A DNA stretch of 64,000 bases from Antechinus flavipes (Eukaryota). The position numbers and the translations under genes were made by a program. Position 1 is the stretch's first letter. Each line of letters opens with the position of its first letter. The stretch is from contig NC_067398.1 of assembly GCF_016432865.1 (NCBI RefSeq), positions 717,650,001-717,714,000 of the forward strand. The letters run 5' to 3'. This document shows, piece after piece, positions 1 through 12,300 of this stretch. Under the pieces are notes generated by a model. That model saw nothing but the letters and a program-made list of their open reading frames with translations, was not told where the DNA came from and ran no database searches.

Positions 1-560
1 AGAGAGACAGAGGCAGAGACAGAAGATAAATAGATGGTGAGTGAGAGAGAGAGGAATGGATAGGTGAGAGACAAAAAGAGAAATAGACCAGAGATAGAAA
101 CAAAGAGAATAGAAAGGAGGGAGACAAAGGAAGAGAAATAAGTGGTGAAAGGGACAGAGATAAAGAGAAAGACAAGAGACAGAGCCAGAAAGAAGAGAGA
201 GGAGAGAGACAGAGGGAAAAATAGATGATGAGAGAGCCAGAGCCAGAGATAAAAAGATGGTGAAAGAGACAGAGATAAAGAGAAATAGAAGAGAAAGAGA
301 GTCAGAGAGAATAGATACGAGAGAGACAGAGGGAGACAAATAGAGCATGAGAGAACCAGAGCCAGACAGAGCAAAACAGATGTGAAAGAGACAGCGATAA
401 AGAGAAATAGATGATGAGAGAGACGGAGATGGAAATAAACAGAGAGACAAAATGAGAAATAGAAATAGAGATAGAGAAATAGCCAGTGAGACAGACACAG
501 TGAGAGGACAAAGAGACTGAGGTTCAGGACAGAAGGATTAGAGAGAAAGCGGAAGGGAAG
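1..560. repeat. GA-rich low-complexity simple repeat (AGAGAC/AGAGAT-type)
   Basis: Almost pure purine tract of degenerate AGAGAC/AGATAG units; explains the S/L-rich ORF at 302-511. Confidence 0.9.
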
Positions 561-2189
561 GGGGCCAGAGCCAGAGCCAGAGAGACCCTTGGGGACGAGA
601 CACAGGGCAACTGGAGAAAAGACTAACAGCCAGGATGCATTTAGCTCCTTGAGGTTTGTCTGTTTTACAAGCATTAACTCATTTAATTTTCACAATGACT
701 CCAGGAGGGAGATGCTTTTATTATTCCCATTTCACAGAAGTGGAAACAGGCCAAGAACGCCCAGAGTCAGAAGCTAGTGAGTGCCTGATGCTGGTTCCAG
801 ACTGGGAGCTTCCTGACGCCAGGCCCATCCCGCTAAGTGTCCCCTGGGCCACCTAGTTGGCTCCAGTTAAACAGAAAGGGAACATTCTGGGAAAGAGAAG
901 CTGGGACACAGGCAGAGAGGCACGAGGAGAGTCCCAGTCTGAGTCCTCTGCCACTCACTCTCATCCAGCGGGCAAAACGATGCCATCTTTGGGGGCCCTC
1001 CCAGTTGTCTTTCCTACCTTCAGGGTAATCTGCTGCTAAGGATGAGCTGGGGAGCATATCGCACCCACCCCCACCACCCCGTCTGCTTTTGAGGGAGGAA
1101 GGAAGGTAGCACAAATGGTGGACATCCAGTCATTGAGAGAGAGAGGCAGATCCAAAAGAACCACCAAAAAGTGAGATGAACTGCCTTGGGGCCCCCGGCC
1201 TGGAAGTTCGGTAAGAGGGTCATCAATTAAGAACTGAAAGGAGATCTTAGCGATCCCCCAGCCAGCCCCCTTGGTTCACTGAAGCCTAGAGCAAATAAGG
1301 GACCCATTCACAGGATGCTAGCCCTCAAGCTGGAAAAGGCCCCAGAAGCCATCTAGCTTGTCCCCACCATTTGACTGATAAAGAAACTGGCCCTTGAGAA
1401 AGTTGTTCTTGTCCAAGACACACAGAGGCAGGATTCAAACTCGGGGCCTCTGTCTACTGTACGCTTTCCCCTGTGCCATATTTCCCAAGGTAGTAAGCAG
1501 CATATTTGAACCCAGAGCCAGCTGTCTTTTCACTGGATAATGCTGCCTCTGAGAATGGGTGATGATTGATCATTTATCAATGGGTCAATGGATGAAAGAA
1601 TGCTAGCTCTCCCTCTGAGTCCCGGCCCTCCTTCCAACCTCTGGGATGACCTTTCTTTGCCAAATCCTGTCTTGCTGGAACTGGTTTTCTCCTAGCTGGA
1701 AAACCGTCACTGAGCTGTTGGGGGAGTTGTTGGGGAGCAGACATCGTGGTCCCTTGTCTGATGTGCCCGGTGGTCCCCGGAGACCGGCTCCCTCAGCCAA
1801 AGCCCACCTCTGGCACTCGCCAGCTACTGTCCTTGGCCTAAGGTCCTTATCCCTTAAAATGTGGCATCTTGAAGCCAAAAGGCAGTCAGAGACATTTAGT
1901 CCAACCTATTCCCAAAACAAAGAGCCCGTCCCCCTCAGCCTGGCAAGACCCCATTGACCCTGTGTTTGGAGACGTCCCTTCTGGGCTAGCCCATTCCAAC
2001 TGGGGTGCCAGAAGTCGATCCTGACATGGAGCCGAAATCTGGGTCTTTTCATCCCCCCCTCTCTCCTACGCTCTGTGAAGCCGGGCAGAACGAGGGTCCT
2101 CCCTTATCTGTCTGTGACACAGGCAGCCCTTTGGATCTCTCAGAGACTCTGGGACTGAGTCAAATCGCTCCCCCTCATTCGCCTCGATC

Positions 2190-2640
2190 AATCAGTCGAG
2201 ATTTATGAAGCGCAGTAGGCCCTAAAAGCCGGGGGTACAAAAAGAAGCAGAAGAGCCTGCTCTCAAGGAACTTACCATCTAAAGGGAGGAATCGGCATGA
2301 AAACAATACATATACAAGGCGAGCTATAGCCAGGAAAAAGAGGAAATGATCAACAGAGGGCAGGTACTAGAATCGAGAGGGGTAAAGGGAAGGCTTCCTG
2401 ATGCAGTGGGATTTTTAATGGGACGTGAAGGAAGCTTAGGAGGTCAGCGATTGGAGCCGAAGAGAAAGAAGGTTCTAAGCTTAGGAGAAAGTCAGAGAAT
2501 GGTCAGAGCTGAGAGAAGGAGGGTCTCATTTGTGGGACCACAACGAGGCCGGTGTCTGGGTCAAAGGGCACAGGGAGGAGAAGAAGTGTTAGAAGACTGG
2601 AAAGGTAAGGGGGCAGGTTATGAAGGAACCTCAAATGTCA
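2190..2640 (-). mobile_element. Degenerate LINE-2 3' fragment
   Basis: Begins with a reverse-complement L2 3'-end-like string (atcaatcagtcgagatttatgaagcg) and contains gtgttagaagactggaaaggtaagggggcaggttatgaagg, resembling the L2 consensus as I recall it. Confidence 0.55.
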
Positions 2641-2930
2641 ATTCAGAACTAAAGTATGATCCTTTTCTGGAATTATGGCTCGTCCACTCACCCAGTGTTC
2701 TGCGCTGCCCCCCCCCCCTTGCCTTTGTTTCCCTCATAGCTAGAGCCCTATAAAAGTCTCTGGAATTAATTGCTCGCTGCTGGATGCTTTGAGACAAGAG
2801 TCCCATTCAGCCGGCGAGGGGTCAGCCATCTTTTGAACAAGAGTCCTGCCCGACCGGCCAGCCCAAATTCTCCTCAAGTAAAATATTAAAAAACGAATCT
2901 CTGTCTTGCCTCGGTTTCTCCGGCATTGCA
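2641..2930 (+). mobile_element. LTR-like fragment (partial solo LTR)
   Basis: TATAAAA at 2749-2755, ATTAAA at 2885-2890 followed by a T/C-rich U5-like tail ending in CA (2925 or 2930). 5' boundary uncertain. Confidence 0.45.
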
Positions 2931-3597
2931 GAAGCAAAGAACTGAGTTTGAATCTCACCTCCGATATCAGCTGTGCGATTCTCAGTACGCTGTAGAAGGC
3001 CGGCGGGTCCCTGCCCACGACGGCTTACCGTCTCCAACAGACGTAGAGCGCCAACTGGTCCGTCCCCACGTTGGCTTACCATCACCCTAATAATTGTAAA
3101 AACATACTGGGTAAAAAGCAGGATAATCTTGAGGGAGAGTGCAGACAATTGAAACAAGGCATTTTAAATATACTTTTTACCCCCTAACAATGAACTAAGT
3201 ACATACGGAGGAAAATACATTAGGGTGATCATTTCTGCTATTTACTACTCCGCATCTTGGGACTGCTAAACAAACAAGCAAGCAAACAAATAAACTAATA
3301 AGTAAACAAATAAATGGATAAATAAATAGATGAATAAATGAATGAATAAATAGAAACATTGCAGCTATTTAAAATTCTGTGGATTAGTTACAGTTCTGTG
3401 TTGATAAGTATCTCAGTATTGATGGTTGGAGTGGACACTGAAATGTCAAAGTACGAAATGTGCATATTAAACGATGTCATCATAAGAGATATATTAAGCT
3501 GGTCCTGAGATTAATAAATGGAGACTGCAAAGCACATCTTCCGCCTGGCCTTGGGTACCCACACTCTCGGTTTTCATTGGAGCTGGACTCCAACAGT

Positions 3598-3672
3598 AGG
3601 TCACTTAATCCCTCTTAGCCTCAGTATCCTCATCTGTAAAATGGGCATGCTCTATAGGGTTGTGAGATACCA
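3598..3672 (+). mobile_element. MIR/CORE-SINE fragment
   Basis: ggtcacttaa...cctcagtatcctcatctgtaaaatggg...gttgtgag, the MIR core motif. Confidence 0.7.
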
Positions 3673-3703
3673 TAATATAAAGAGCTTTGAAAATCTTAAG
3701 GTA

Positions 3704-3854
3704 GGGGCAGCTAGGCAGTGTAGCGAACAGAGCATCAGCCCTGAAGTCAGGAGGACCGGAATTCAAATCTGGCCTCAGACATTGAATACTTCTTAGCTGT
3801 GTGACCCTGGGCAAGTCACTTAACATCAGCCAAAAAGAAAAGAAAAGAAAAGAA
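3704..3854 (+). mobile_element. Marsupial tRNA-derived SINE (WSINE1/SINE1-type)
   Basis: ggggcagctagg...ccctgaagtcaggaggaccggaattcaaatctggcctcagac...tagctgtgtgaccctgggcaagtcacttaac followed by an (AAAAG)n tail. Confidence 0.85.
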
Positions 3855-3879
3855 CTGCAGACAATATAAACTACATCGG

Positions 3880-4180
3880 AGTCTCCCTGCCAAGATACAC
3901 ACAGATACTTTATGAACACGATTAAAAAACATTTTTTCACACAAATAAAGTCAGATCTAAACAACTGGAAAAATATCAATTGCTCATGGGAAGGAAGAAT
4001 AAAAAAAAATTTTTAAAAAGACAATGTGACCTAAATGAATTCATTTATTCAAATATCAAAAGATAATGAAATTTGTCCAAAGGAATAAAAGGTCAAAAAT
4101 ACCAATTAAAAGTGTGGGAAGAGAGGAGAGTTGGTAGGACCAGTTCTTACCAACTACAGAACTGTATTTAACAGGGCGAC
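3880..4180 (+). mobile_element. LINE-1 ORF2 fragment (decayed)
   Basis: ttcacacaaataaagtcagatctaaacaactggaaaaatatcaattgctcatgg translates to FTQIKSDLNNWKNINCSW, an L1 ORF2 motif; frame broken on both sides. Confidence 0.8.
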
Positions 4181-4195
4181 ATAAAACACTGGCCC

Positions 4196-4345
4196 AACAG
4201 TTCCTGAGTTCAAATCTCACCTCAGACACTTTCAAGTTGAGTGACTTTGGGGAAGTCACTGTTTGCCTCAGTTTCCTCATCTGTAAAATGAGTAAGAGAA
4301 GTAAAGATAAACCACACCAGTATCTTTGCCACAAACCCCCCCCAA
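4196..4345 (+). mobile_element. MIR/MAR1-like SINE fragment
   Basis: ttcctgagttcaaatctcacctcagacact...gtgactttggggaagtcact...gcctcagtttcctcatctgtaaaatgag...ccagtatctttgcc. Confidence 0.75.
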
Positions 4346-4745
4346 ACGGGATCGTGGAGAGTCAAACAAAGCTGAACAAAAAACGTAATCATCAAAACAA
4401 TTTGGTTGATCAGTGGAGCAGATTAAGTCCACAATATGCAGAATCAATCGATATCTATTGAGGTCCTACTAGGTGCCAGGCACTGTGCTAAGAAGCAAAT
4501 GAGCATGAGTAAATTTTGAGAAATTCAAAAATCCCGACTTTTGGCACAAGAGCTTGAGTCCCAACTTCTCAGGCTTTTCCTGCAGCATAAAATCAGCCCA
4601 GAGTTCTTCCTCCAAAGTCACCGTGAATCAAATCTGGACCAGATCCTACCAGTTATACCTAGAACCCAAAAGGACAAAGCAATTCGTGAATCGTCGTACC
4701 CAGAAATGAACACAGTCCCTCCGGTGAGGTCTGATGGTGACCATG

Positions 4746-5144
4746 TGTAGTGGTTCCCTTGCTTCTTGGCCCTGGAACTCGGCCTGATGCAACCCAAAGA
4801 GTCCTGAACTTGGTGAGCTCTCCCTTCATGCCGCCGATTTGTGTTGTTGGAGTTTGCAGTTCCCTAAAACTCCCGGAGAGTTTCCAGACCGGCTGCTCTC
4901 TAACCACTCAGCTTACCCGTGAGGCTGGTTTTTTGAATCCAAGTGTAAGACTTGACATTCATCCCTACTCAATTTCATCGATTAGATTTAATTCGGCGTT
5001 AGCCGAGCAAAATCTTGGAGGCCCGACTCTCGTGCGGGACAAAGCCCTCAGCTCACATAAATCAGATAAATCGAGGAGATTTGTCCAGGTAAAAGCAGAA
5101 AGGAATTGGACTAGGATCTTGCGAGAAAGGGCGTCTCCCTAACA
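4746..5144. mobile_element. Candidate solo LTR
   Basis: About 400-bp CpG-containing block bounded by TGTAGTGG...CCCTAACA (TG...CA). No target-site duplication found. Confidence 0.4.
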
Positions 5145-5699
5145 TTCTGCTATCCCCTGCTCCCTGTGCCGTTCCCTGAGAGCCCTGCGGAGACCCCCCC
5201 TTCTCTTCCAGTCCCAGAACAGAGCTCAGCTCTGAGGGGGGCACAGGGCCCCTCCCGGCTCGTTCCCAGCAGAAGCCGCCCCAGCCCCAGGACCTCGGAA
5301 GCCCCCTAGGTCCCCCCTGCTCCCCCGGGCTCTGCCCTTCCCTCCATAAGGCCCCTGCTCTTCCTTCTCCAGAAGAATCAACACTTCCTGAATAAGGGGC
5401 CTGAGTCCAGAAGCCCCAGGAGACCAGAGGGATTAACCCAGCTGTGTCCTCCCCTGGGGGAGCCAAGATGGCCTCCCCGAACCCCTCCTGACAGGCTCGG
5501 GGCACCCAGACTCCCTCCTGGTCCTTTCCTTATTGAAGCCATGTGTCTGGTGCTCCACCCCTCTTCACCTGCCCCGGGACTCCTTCCTGCCCCTGCCTCG
5601 GCCTCCCCTCCGCATCCCTTTGTCTCCTATTCCATCACTCGGTTTCTCCATCTCTCATTCCTACCATGTTTGCCTCCTCCCTTGCTTTGGTCCCATTTT

Positions 5700-6480
5700 C
5701 CTTTTACCTCTGTCTCTCTAACTCTGTTTCTCTATGTCTCTTTCTGTCTTTCCCTGTCTCTGTCTCTCTTTCTGTTGCTGTCTCTGTCTCTGTCTCTTTC
5801 TGTCTATCTCTGTCTCTCTGTGTCTGTCTCTGTTGGTCTGTCTTTCTGTTTCTATTGCTGTCTTTGTCTCTGTTTCCCTCTTTCTGTCTCTCTGTCTTTG
5901 TCTGTCTTTCCCTTTCTCTGTCTCTCTATCTTTCTGCCTCCCCCTCTTTGTCTCTGTCTGTTTCTCTCTGTCTCTGTTTCTTTCTGTATCTCTCTCTGTC
6001 TGTCCGTTTCTCTGTCTTTCTGTTTCTATCACTGTTTCTGTCTCTCTGTTTCCCTCTTTCTGTCTCTGTTTCTGTCTCTATTGCTGTCTCTACCTCTATC
6101 TCTTTGTCTCTGTCTCTGTTTCTGTCTCTGTCTCTCTTTTCGTGTCAGTCTCTGCTTGTCTGTCTCTCTCTGTGTCTCTCTGTCTCCCTCCCTCTCTTTG
6201 TCTCTGTCTGTCTCTGTCTCTGTCTGTCTGTTTCTCTGTCTGTTTCTATCACTGTTTCTGTCTCTGTTTTTCTCTGTGTCTCTGTTTCTGTCTATTGCTG
6301 TCTCTATCTCTATCTCTTTGTCTCTGTCGCTATGTTTCTGTCTCTGTCTTTGTCTTCTTTTCATCTGTCAGCCTCTGCTTGTCTGTCTCTGTCTTTCTCT
6401 CTGTGTCTCTCTGTCTCCCTTTCTCTCTCTCTATCTCTGTCTTTCTGTGTCTCTGTCTCTGTGTCTCTCTCACCTGTCTG
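5700..6480. repeat. TC-rich low-complexity simple repeat (TCTG/TCTC)n
   Basis: Continuous degenerate TGTCTC/TCTG units; source of the 393, 364 and 321 aa pseudo-ORFs. Confidence 0.95.
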
Positions 6481-6629
6481 CTTCGGTCCCTGCCCACCTC
6501 TTCTCTTTCCCCATCCTCCTGCACATCTCTCCTTGTCTCTGTCTCCGTGCCTCGACCTCCCCGGCAGTGGCTCTGCCCCTCCCCCGTGTCTCTGCCCCCG
6601 CGGCCCCCTCTCCCCTCCTGGCCCACGTG

Positions 6630-7080
6630 GCTATTAGCCGCTCTGGGATTGCTTTCTTTCATTGCGGGCTCCCTTTCACTGGAGAAAATGGCTCGGTAAT
6701 GCTTCTTTTATCACAGAATTAGGGGATTTAGGGCCCAGATGTGACAAAGGGACTCTCCGGGAGCCGGGCCTGGGCGCCAATCAGCCCCACATCTCGGGGC
6801 CTGGGAGCAGAGAGGGAAATCGAGGGATTACGGCCGCTGCTCGCTGAGCCTCCGGCCAGATAGCATCTCGGCCGCTCTGGGAGAAAGGGAACGAAATCCA
6901 GGAAGGGGAGGCCGGGCCCAGAACAATGTCCGCCGCCAGCCGGGGGCCGGCTCCGGCCTTTTGGGGAGAGGGATTCAAAAGCCATTAGAGAGGCTTAACG
7001 CCAAGGTTAATCTGCTTTGGCCGTTCATTTGTCAAAAGTGAATTTATAGGTTTGGAGAAATCCTGTCTTTGGGGATGAGG
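6630..7080. promoter_or_regulatory. CpG-rich candidate cis-regulatory element with K50-homeodomain and SOX-type motifs
   Basis: Unique CpG-rich sequence with GGATTA (6825-6830), GGCTTA (6992-6997), TAATCT (7008-7013) and AACAATG (6922-6928). No credible coding exon. Confidence 0.35.
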
Positions 7081-7699
7081 CCCCAGGATCGGCCCAGTCT
7101 CCCTGCCCCCCTTGGGTCCATGGTTCTGTTGTCTCCCTGTCCCCCTCCCCCTGCCCCCCAAACTCCCACCCTGCCTGTTCCCCTCCCCCTGCCCCCCAAC
7201 CTTCCACTCTGCCTGTCCCCTTCCCCCTGCCCCCCAACCTCCCATCCCGTCTATCCCCTCCCCCTGTCCCTCCTGACCTCCCAACAGCGGACCTCTTCCT
7301 CTGTGTTGTCCTAGGTCCGTCCCCTTATTGCCAGCAGCCTCCCGGCTTCCCTACCCCTCACTCTTGCCGTACCAGCCTCCTCCTGTTCTCAATCCCCTTA
7401 CCTTTCCCCACCAGCCCCTCTTTCTTCCCCAGTATCCTCACTGTGCCTACAAACAGCCTAGCTTCCTTGCCCCCTAATGCTGTCCCTTCCATACCTCTGA
7501 GTCCCAGCAGTCAGTGCTCTCCAGCCTCTTCCACCCGCCGTCCGGCCCGGCCCTTCAGCAGCCGGCCCCAGGTTTCCATATCAGAGTCCCTCGTTGTGGG
7601 CAAAGCATCCGGAGCCGGCCCTTATCCGCATCAGCTGCGTCCCCGAGACTGGACTTGCAGGGCCCGGAGCCTCTGTGTCCTTGGCAGTCCTGTGACTGA

Positions 7700-8120
7700 C
7701 ATGGTTCCGCTTCCCCGTCGGGGCGATCCTGAGGGGTGAGACGCTCCCCCAGCGCTGGGGGTCCCCAGGTCGCAGCCTCCAAGGGAGGCTGGAGAAATGG
7801 GTTTCCTTTCACTGAGCTGTCCCAGCAGCTCCTGACTAGAAGGTATGTTGGGGTACAAGGTGCAATTTTATTTAGCTTTCTGTGGCTCAGAGCTGGGAAG
7901 CAACTTCCGGATGAATCGAGGGACTGCTTTCCAGGTCAGTAATGGGCCAAGATCTCCAAGTGAATGAAGGGGGGGATTATTTTAGGAGTTTCCCAGGTCA
8001 GGTAAAAGGGCAGCAGGGAAGGGTTATCAGGAGATTCAGGGGGTCACAGAGTCCTTATGACATTAATAGCATGGGGGTATAAAAGGATGAAGTCAATGGT
8101 TCTTTTGTGACTTACCGTGT
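7700..8120 (-). mobile_element. Possible LTR-derived fragment
   Basis: Non-coding block with reverse-strand AATAAA at 7867-7872 and LTR-like composition; boundaries and family uncertain. Confidence 0.25.
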
Positions 8121-8539
8121 AACCCCAGACCCTTAACTTCCATTTGCCTCAGTTTCTCTATTTGGAAAATGCGGGCAAGCATTTATCTCCCATAGTTGTT
8201 ATGAGGATCAGATCTTAAAATACTATAGAAATGCCTCCTAATGATGATGACTCCCGGCCTCCTTCCTCTGAATGTCCTTCCTAAAATGGGGCCCTCAGAA
8301 CCAAGCTTGGTCCTTCCCATGTTGCTGGCCGAGGGCCCGTGCCCTCCCTCATTCTAGACAGCAGGCCTCTCAGGGCACCTTTTAGCCAACATATTATTGC
8401 ACTGACTCATGTGGTGGTCCACCAAGACCTTGACATCTTTTTCAGACAACTTGCTATATAATCACACCTCCACCGTCTTGTACTTAAGAAGTTGAAATGT
8501 CAAATGTAAGGGCAATGTTTTATTGTAAGAATAAAACAC

Positions 8540-8955
8540 ATATGTAAGATTGTACTATGCTTATTTCCTCCTATTAAGCTTTCTCTGAAAGTGGAGAGCA
8601 TCTTCTTTCATTAGACCAAGTTTTTTCCTGTTTTTCCAAATCAATCAGATCATTTTCTACACCACAACAGTATTCCAATTGCATCACATTCTATCTGAGA
8701 GACTGTCGAGGAAAGTGTTTTCCCCAATTTTCTCCATTCTTTCTAGTTTTGATTATGTAAGTTTTGTTTATACAAGAAAATTTTAATTTAAAGTAATCAA
8801 AATTACCCATTTTATACTTCAATGTTCTCACTTTATAATCTTTTCCCCCCACCCTGGTTTCTTTGCAATTCTTGATTTTTTGTTCTTCTAATTGAAATTT
8901 CTTATTATCTTTTTCTAACTCAGGAAGATAATTTTTTGGTAATTTAATTAAATTG
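8540..8955 (-). mobile_element. LINE-1 ORF2 3'-region fragment, antisense
   Basis: T-rich; aaaattttaatttaaagtaatcaaaattacccattttatacttc reads MGNFDYFKLKFS on the minus strand, resembling L1 ORF2. Confidence 0.65.
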
Positions 8956-8959
8956 TAGC

Positions 8960-10380
8960 TAAATTCCAGAATTAGCAGATCAAGGAAAAAATACTGCAAG
9001 CAGCCAGAAAGAAACAATTGGAGTCACAATCAGGATTACCCAGGATCAGCTTCCACTTTAAAGGATTGAAGGGCCTGGAATATAATATTCCAGAGGGCAA
9101 AGGAGCTTGTACTGCAGCCCAGAATCAACTACCCAGCAAAACTAAGCATTAGGTTGCAGGAGAAACATTCAATGAAATGGGGATTTTCAATTATTTTTGA
9201 TGAAAAGACCAGAGCTGAACAGTAAATTTGATCTTCAAATACAGGACACAAGAGAAGCATAAAAAGGATAAAAGGGAAGGGAAAAAACACTATTTTATAT
9301 GGAAAGGTGACATGTTTAACTCTTGAGAACTGTATCTTTGTTAGAGGTCTAGTTAGAGGATGTAAGTATGATTTGACTTTATTGTAATGATATAAAAAAG
9401 AAACGAGGGATAGAAAAGGGATTGTACTGGAAGAAAAGGAAGGGGGAGGGGGGTAAAATGAGGTGAATTATATCACATGAAGAGGCAAAAAAGACTTATT
9501 ACAGTTGAGGGAAAGAAGGGAGGGGGATGAGCATTGTTTGAACCTGAATCTCACTGGATTGGTTCAAAGAGAGAATATAAGACATTTTTAGTTTGATATA
9601 GAAACTTGTCTCACCTTATAGGGAAGTAGGAGGGGAAAGGGGAAAGGAAAGGGAGAGGCTAAGAGAGGGGACAACACAAGTAGAAGGGGGAAGGGATAAG
9701 AAAGGGGGAATTGCTGTAAAAGGGGGGCACTGTTTGAGGGAGGTGGTGATCAGAAGCAAAATACTGGTGAGGAGGGAAAGGGGGAAAGGAAAGAGAAAAT
9801 TATAATGGAAAAGAAGATGGTGGAAAATACAAAGTTAGTCATTTTAACTGTGAACATGAATGGGATGAACACTCCCATAAAACAGAAGCAGACAGAAGAC
9901 TGGATTAAAAGTCAAAATGTCACAATATATTGTTTTCAAGAAATACATTTTAAATACAAACAAAATGATACATAAAGAGTAAAGGTAAAAGGTTGGAGCA
10001 GAAAAAGCTGAAGTAAAACAAAACAAAACAAACAAACAAACAAAAAAAAAAAAAAACAGGGGCAACAATCCTGATCTCTGATCAAGCAAAAACAAAAATA
10101 GATCTAATTAAAAGAGATAAGGAAGGAAACTACATTTTGCCAAAGGGTACCATAGATATTGAAACAATATCAATATGCACCAAGTAGTATAGCATCCAAG
10201 TTTCTAGAGAAGTTAAAAGTCGTAAGGGGAAATAGACAACAAAGCTATTCTAGTGGGGGATCTCAACCTCACTCTATGAGAACTAGAGAAATCGAACCGC
10301 AAAATAAACAAGAAAGAAATTAAGGAGGAAAATAGAATTTTAGAAAAGTTAGATATGAGAGACCTTTGCAGTAATTTAAT
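8960..10380 (+). mobile_element. LINE-1 fragment: ORF1 C-terminus, inter-ORF region and start of ORF2 endonuclease
   Basis: KEKILQAARKKQ (8983) and QPRINYPAKLSI (ORF1); downstream LTVNMNGMNTPIKQKQTEDWIKSQNVTIYCFQEIH (APE endonuclease motif, about 9845-9950). Frameshifted. Confidence 0.9.
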
Positions 10381-10619
10381 TGAGATTAAATTAAATTGAT
10401 TACTTAAGTAAACTTTTCATTTTATATTATATTGGCTTTATCTTCCCATGAATAATAAATATTACTTTAATTACTTAAATTCTATTTTATTTGTATAAAA
10501 AGTGTCTATAAAAAATCTATATATGGTTTTCATGTCTCTTTTGGCACGTAGATGTTTAGGTATTTTATACTGTCTAGTTATCTTAAAACATTATTTTTTA
10601 ATTTTAATTTTAAAACAAT

Positions 10620-12300
10620 ATTGAATAATATTGCTGACATCATAGTTTTCCTAATTTTTCTCTCTTGATTAAATCTATTTTAACTTTGATTTTGTCTGAA
10701 ATCATGATTACTACCCCTGCTTTTTTTAGATTAAATTCTATTTCTGTCCTTTATTTTATCTTTGTGTTTATCTCTCATATGTTTCCTGAAAGCAACATAT
10801 TGTTGAATTCAGATTTTAATGTGCTATACAATTCTGCATTTTAATTATAATTATTTGTTGTGTATTTTCCTCCTTCCTCCTTTTCCTATCCTTCTCACCC
10901 TATTCCTATTCCTTCTTGTACCTTTGCTTTACTTTACCTGCTCTGCTACCTTGCCCTCCTATTCCTTAATCTATCCACCCCTTCAAGAGTCCCTCCCTTA
11001 TTCTCTCCACCGATCCCTTGCCCTCTTGTTTCTTTCTGAATTTAGGATATATAAATTCTAGATATACATGTTGTTCCATTCCTGATGAGAATAAGATTTT
11101 AGCATTACTCGGTTTCCCTCCTACTAGTTTCATCTTTATCGGTTTTTCCTTTTAGCCTCATTTGTATAATTACTTCTATTTTTCCTTCCAGTTTTTTTTT
11201 TTTAAGAATTTAAAAATTATCTCATTATACTCAGCTCACCTCAAATCTTTCTTTCAAATTACCCAAATAATGATGAGTCATAAAAGTACTGGCAAGATTT
11301 TCACAGATAAGTAAACAGTTTGATCTTGAGTATCATATAAAGGGTCTTTAATGTTTACCTTATATTTCTCCTGAATGTTATGTTTTCTTTAAATTCTGCT
11401 GTTTTTGTCAAAAATATCTGAAAGTCATTTCATTTGTTAAATATCCATTTTTTAAAAGAAAAAAATCAGGATTATATTTAACTTTGCTGGGTTCAGTTAT
11501 CTTTGCTCATGATGTCAGCTTTTTTTTTTTTTTTAAACAGTATAGTATTCCAAGATCCATAGTTCTTCAGCACAGTAGTTGATAAGTCTTGGGTAAATTT
11601 TGCCATAGCTCCTAAGGTATTTAAATTGCTTTTTTCTTCTTGTTTCTAATATTTTCTTTTTAACTAGGAAGCTTTGAAAGTTGGCTATAATATTTCTGTA
11701 CGTTTTCCTCCTGGGATCTCCTTCAAAAGGTAATCAGTGGATTTTTCTATTTTTACTTTACATTTTTGTTCTAGAAATTCAGGGCAATTTTCCTTGATAA
11801 TTTCTTGTAATATTGTGTCTTTTTTTTTTTTGATCATACTTTTCACTCCAACTATACTTATATTATTTCTCCTTTATCTGTTTTCCATGTCACTTGTTTC
11901 CGATAAGATTCATTCTCTTTTATTCTTTCATTTTTTCGATTTTGTTTTATTATTTTGTGGTGTCTTAGAACACTATTAGCTTCCTTTTGCCCATTTTTTC
12001 CTTTAAGTTTTTGATTCTCTACTTTAAGTTGTTTGATTTTTCTTTTCATGATTTTCTTAGATTGCTCTTCTTTTTTCCCCTAATTTTTCCTTGATCTCTC
12101 TCTTATTTTTTTAAATCCTTTTTAAGTTCTTGCAAGAACTCTTTTTTTGTGCTTATGCCCATTTGTTGTTTCTTATTGAAAAAAATTTTAGCTGCATTAT
12201 TTTCCTCTGAATATGAACCCAGATCTTCTCTCTCTATAGTAGTTATCTATGGTTGGGTTCTTTCTCCTTTGCTTACTCATTTTCTTTGTTTTGTTTTGTT
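10620..12300 (-). mobile_element. LINE-1 fragment (inter-ORF and ORF1), antisense
   Basis: T-rich tract; gaaattcagggcaattttccttgataatttcttg reads QEIIKENCPEFL on the minus strand, resembling the ORF1 EIIKENCP motif; K/E-rich ORF at 11858-12049. Confidence 0.8.

Noticed and set aside
2583-2934. Apparent full solo LTR TGTTAG...TTGCA with a 4-bp GAAG TSD
   Set aside because: The TGTTAG start lies inside sequence that continues the L2 fragment, so the 5' end and TSD are probably coincidental; kept only as a partial LTR-like feature.
3040-3085. Reverse-strand TGGTAAGCCAACGTGGGG resembling a tRNA-Lys primer-binding site
   Set aside because: Imperfect match, opposite orientation to the adjacent LTR-like piece, and no gag/pol sequence follows.
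1-6480. GA-rich (1-560) and TC-rich (5700-6480) tracts as an inverted-repeat pair
   Set aside because: Complementarity is only compositional; such simple repeats are ubiquitous.
5541-6722. Three long overlapping ORFs (393, 364, 321 aa) and antisense R/E/Q-rich ORFs
   Set aside because: Translations of a (TCTG/TC)n simple repeat, which lacks stop codons; no domain or splice structure.
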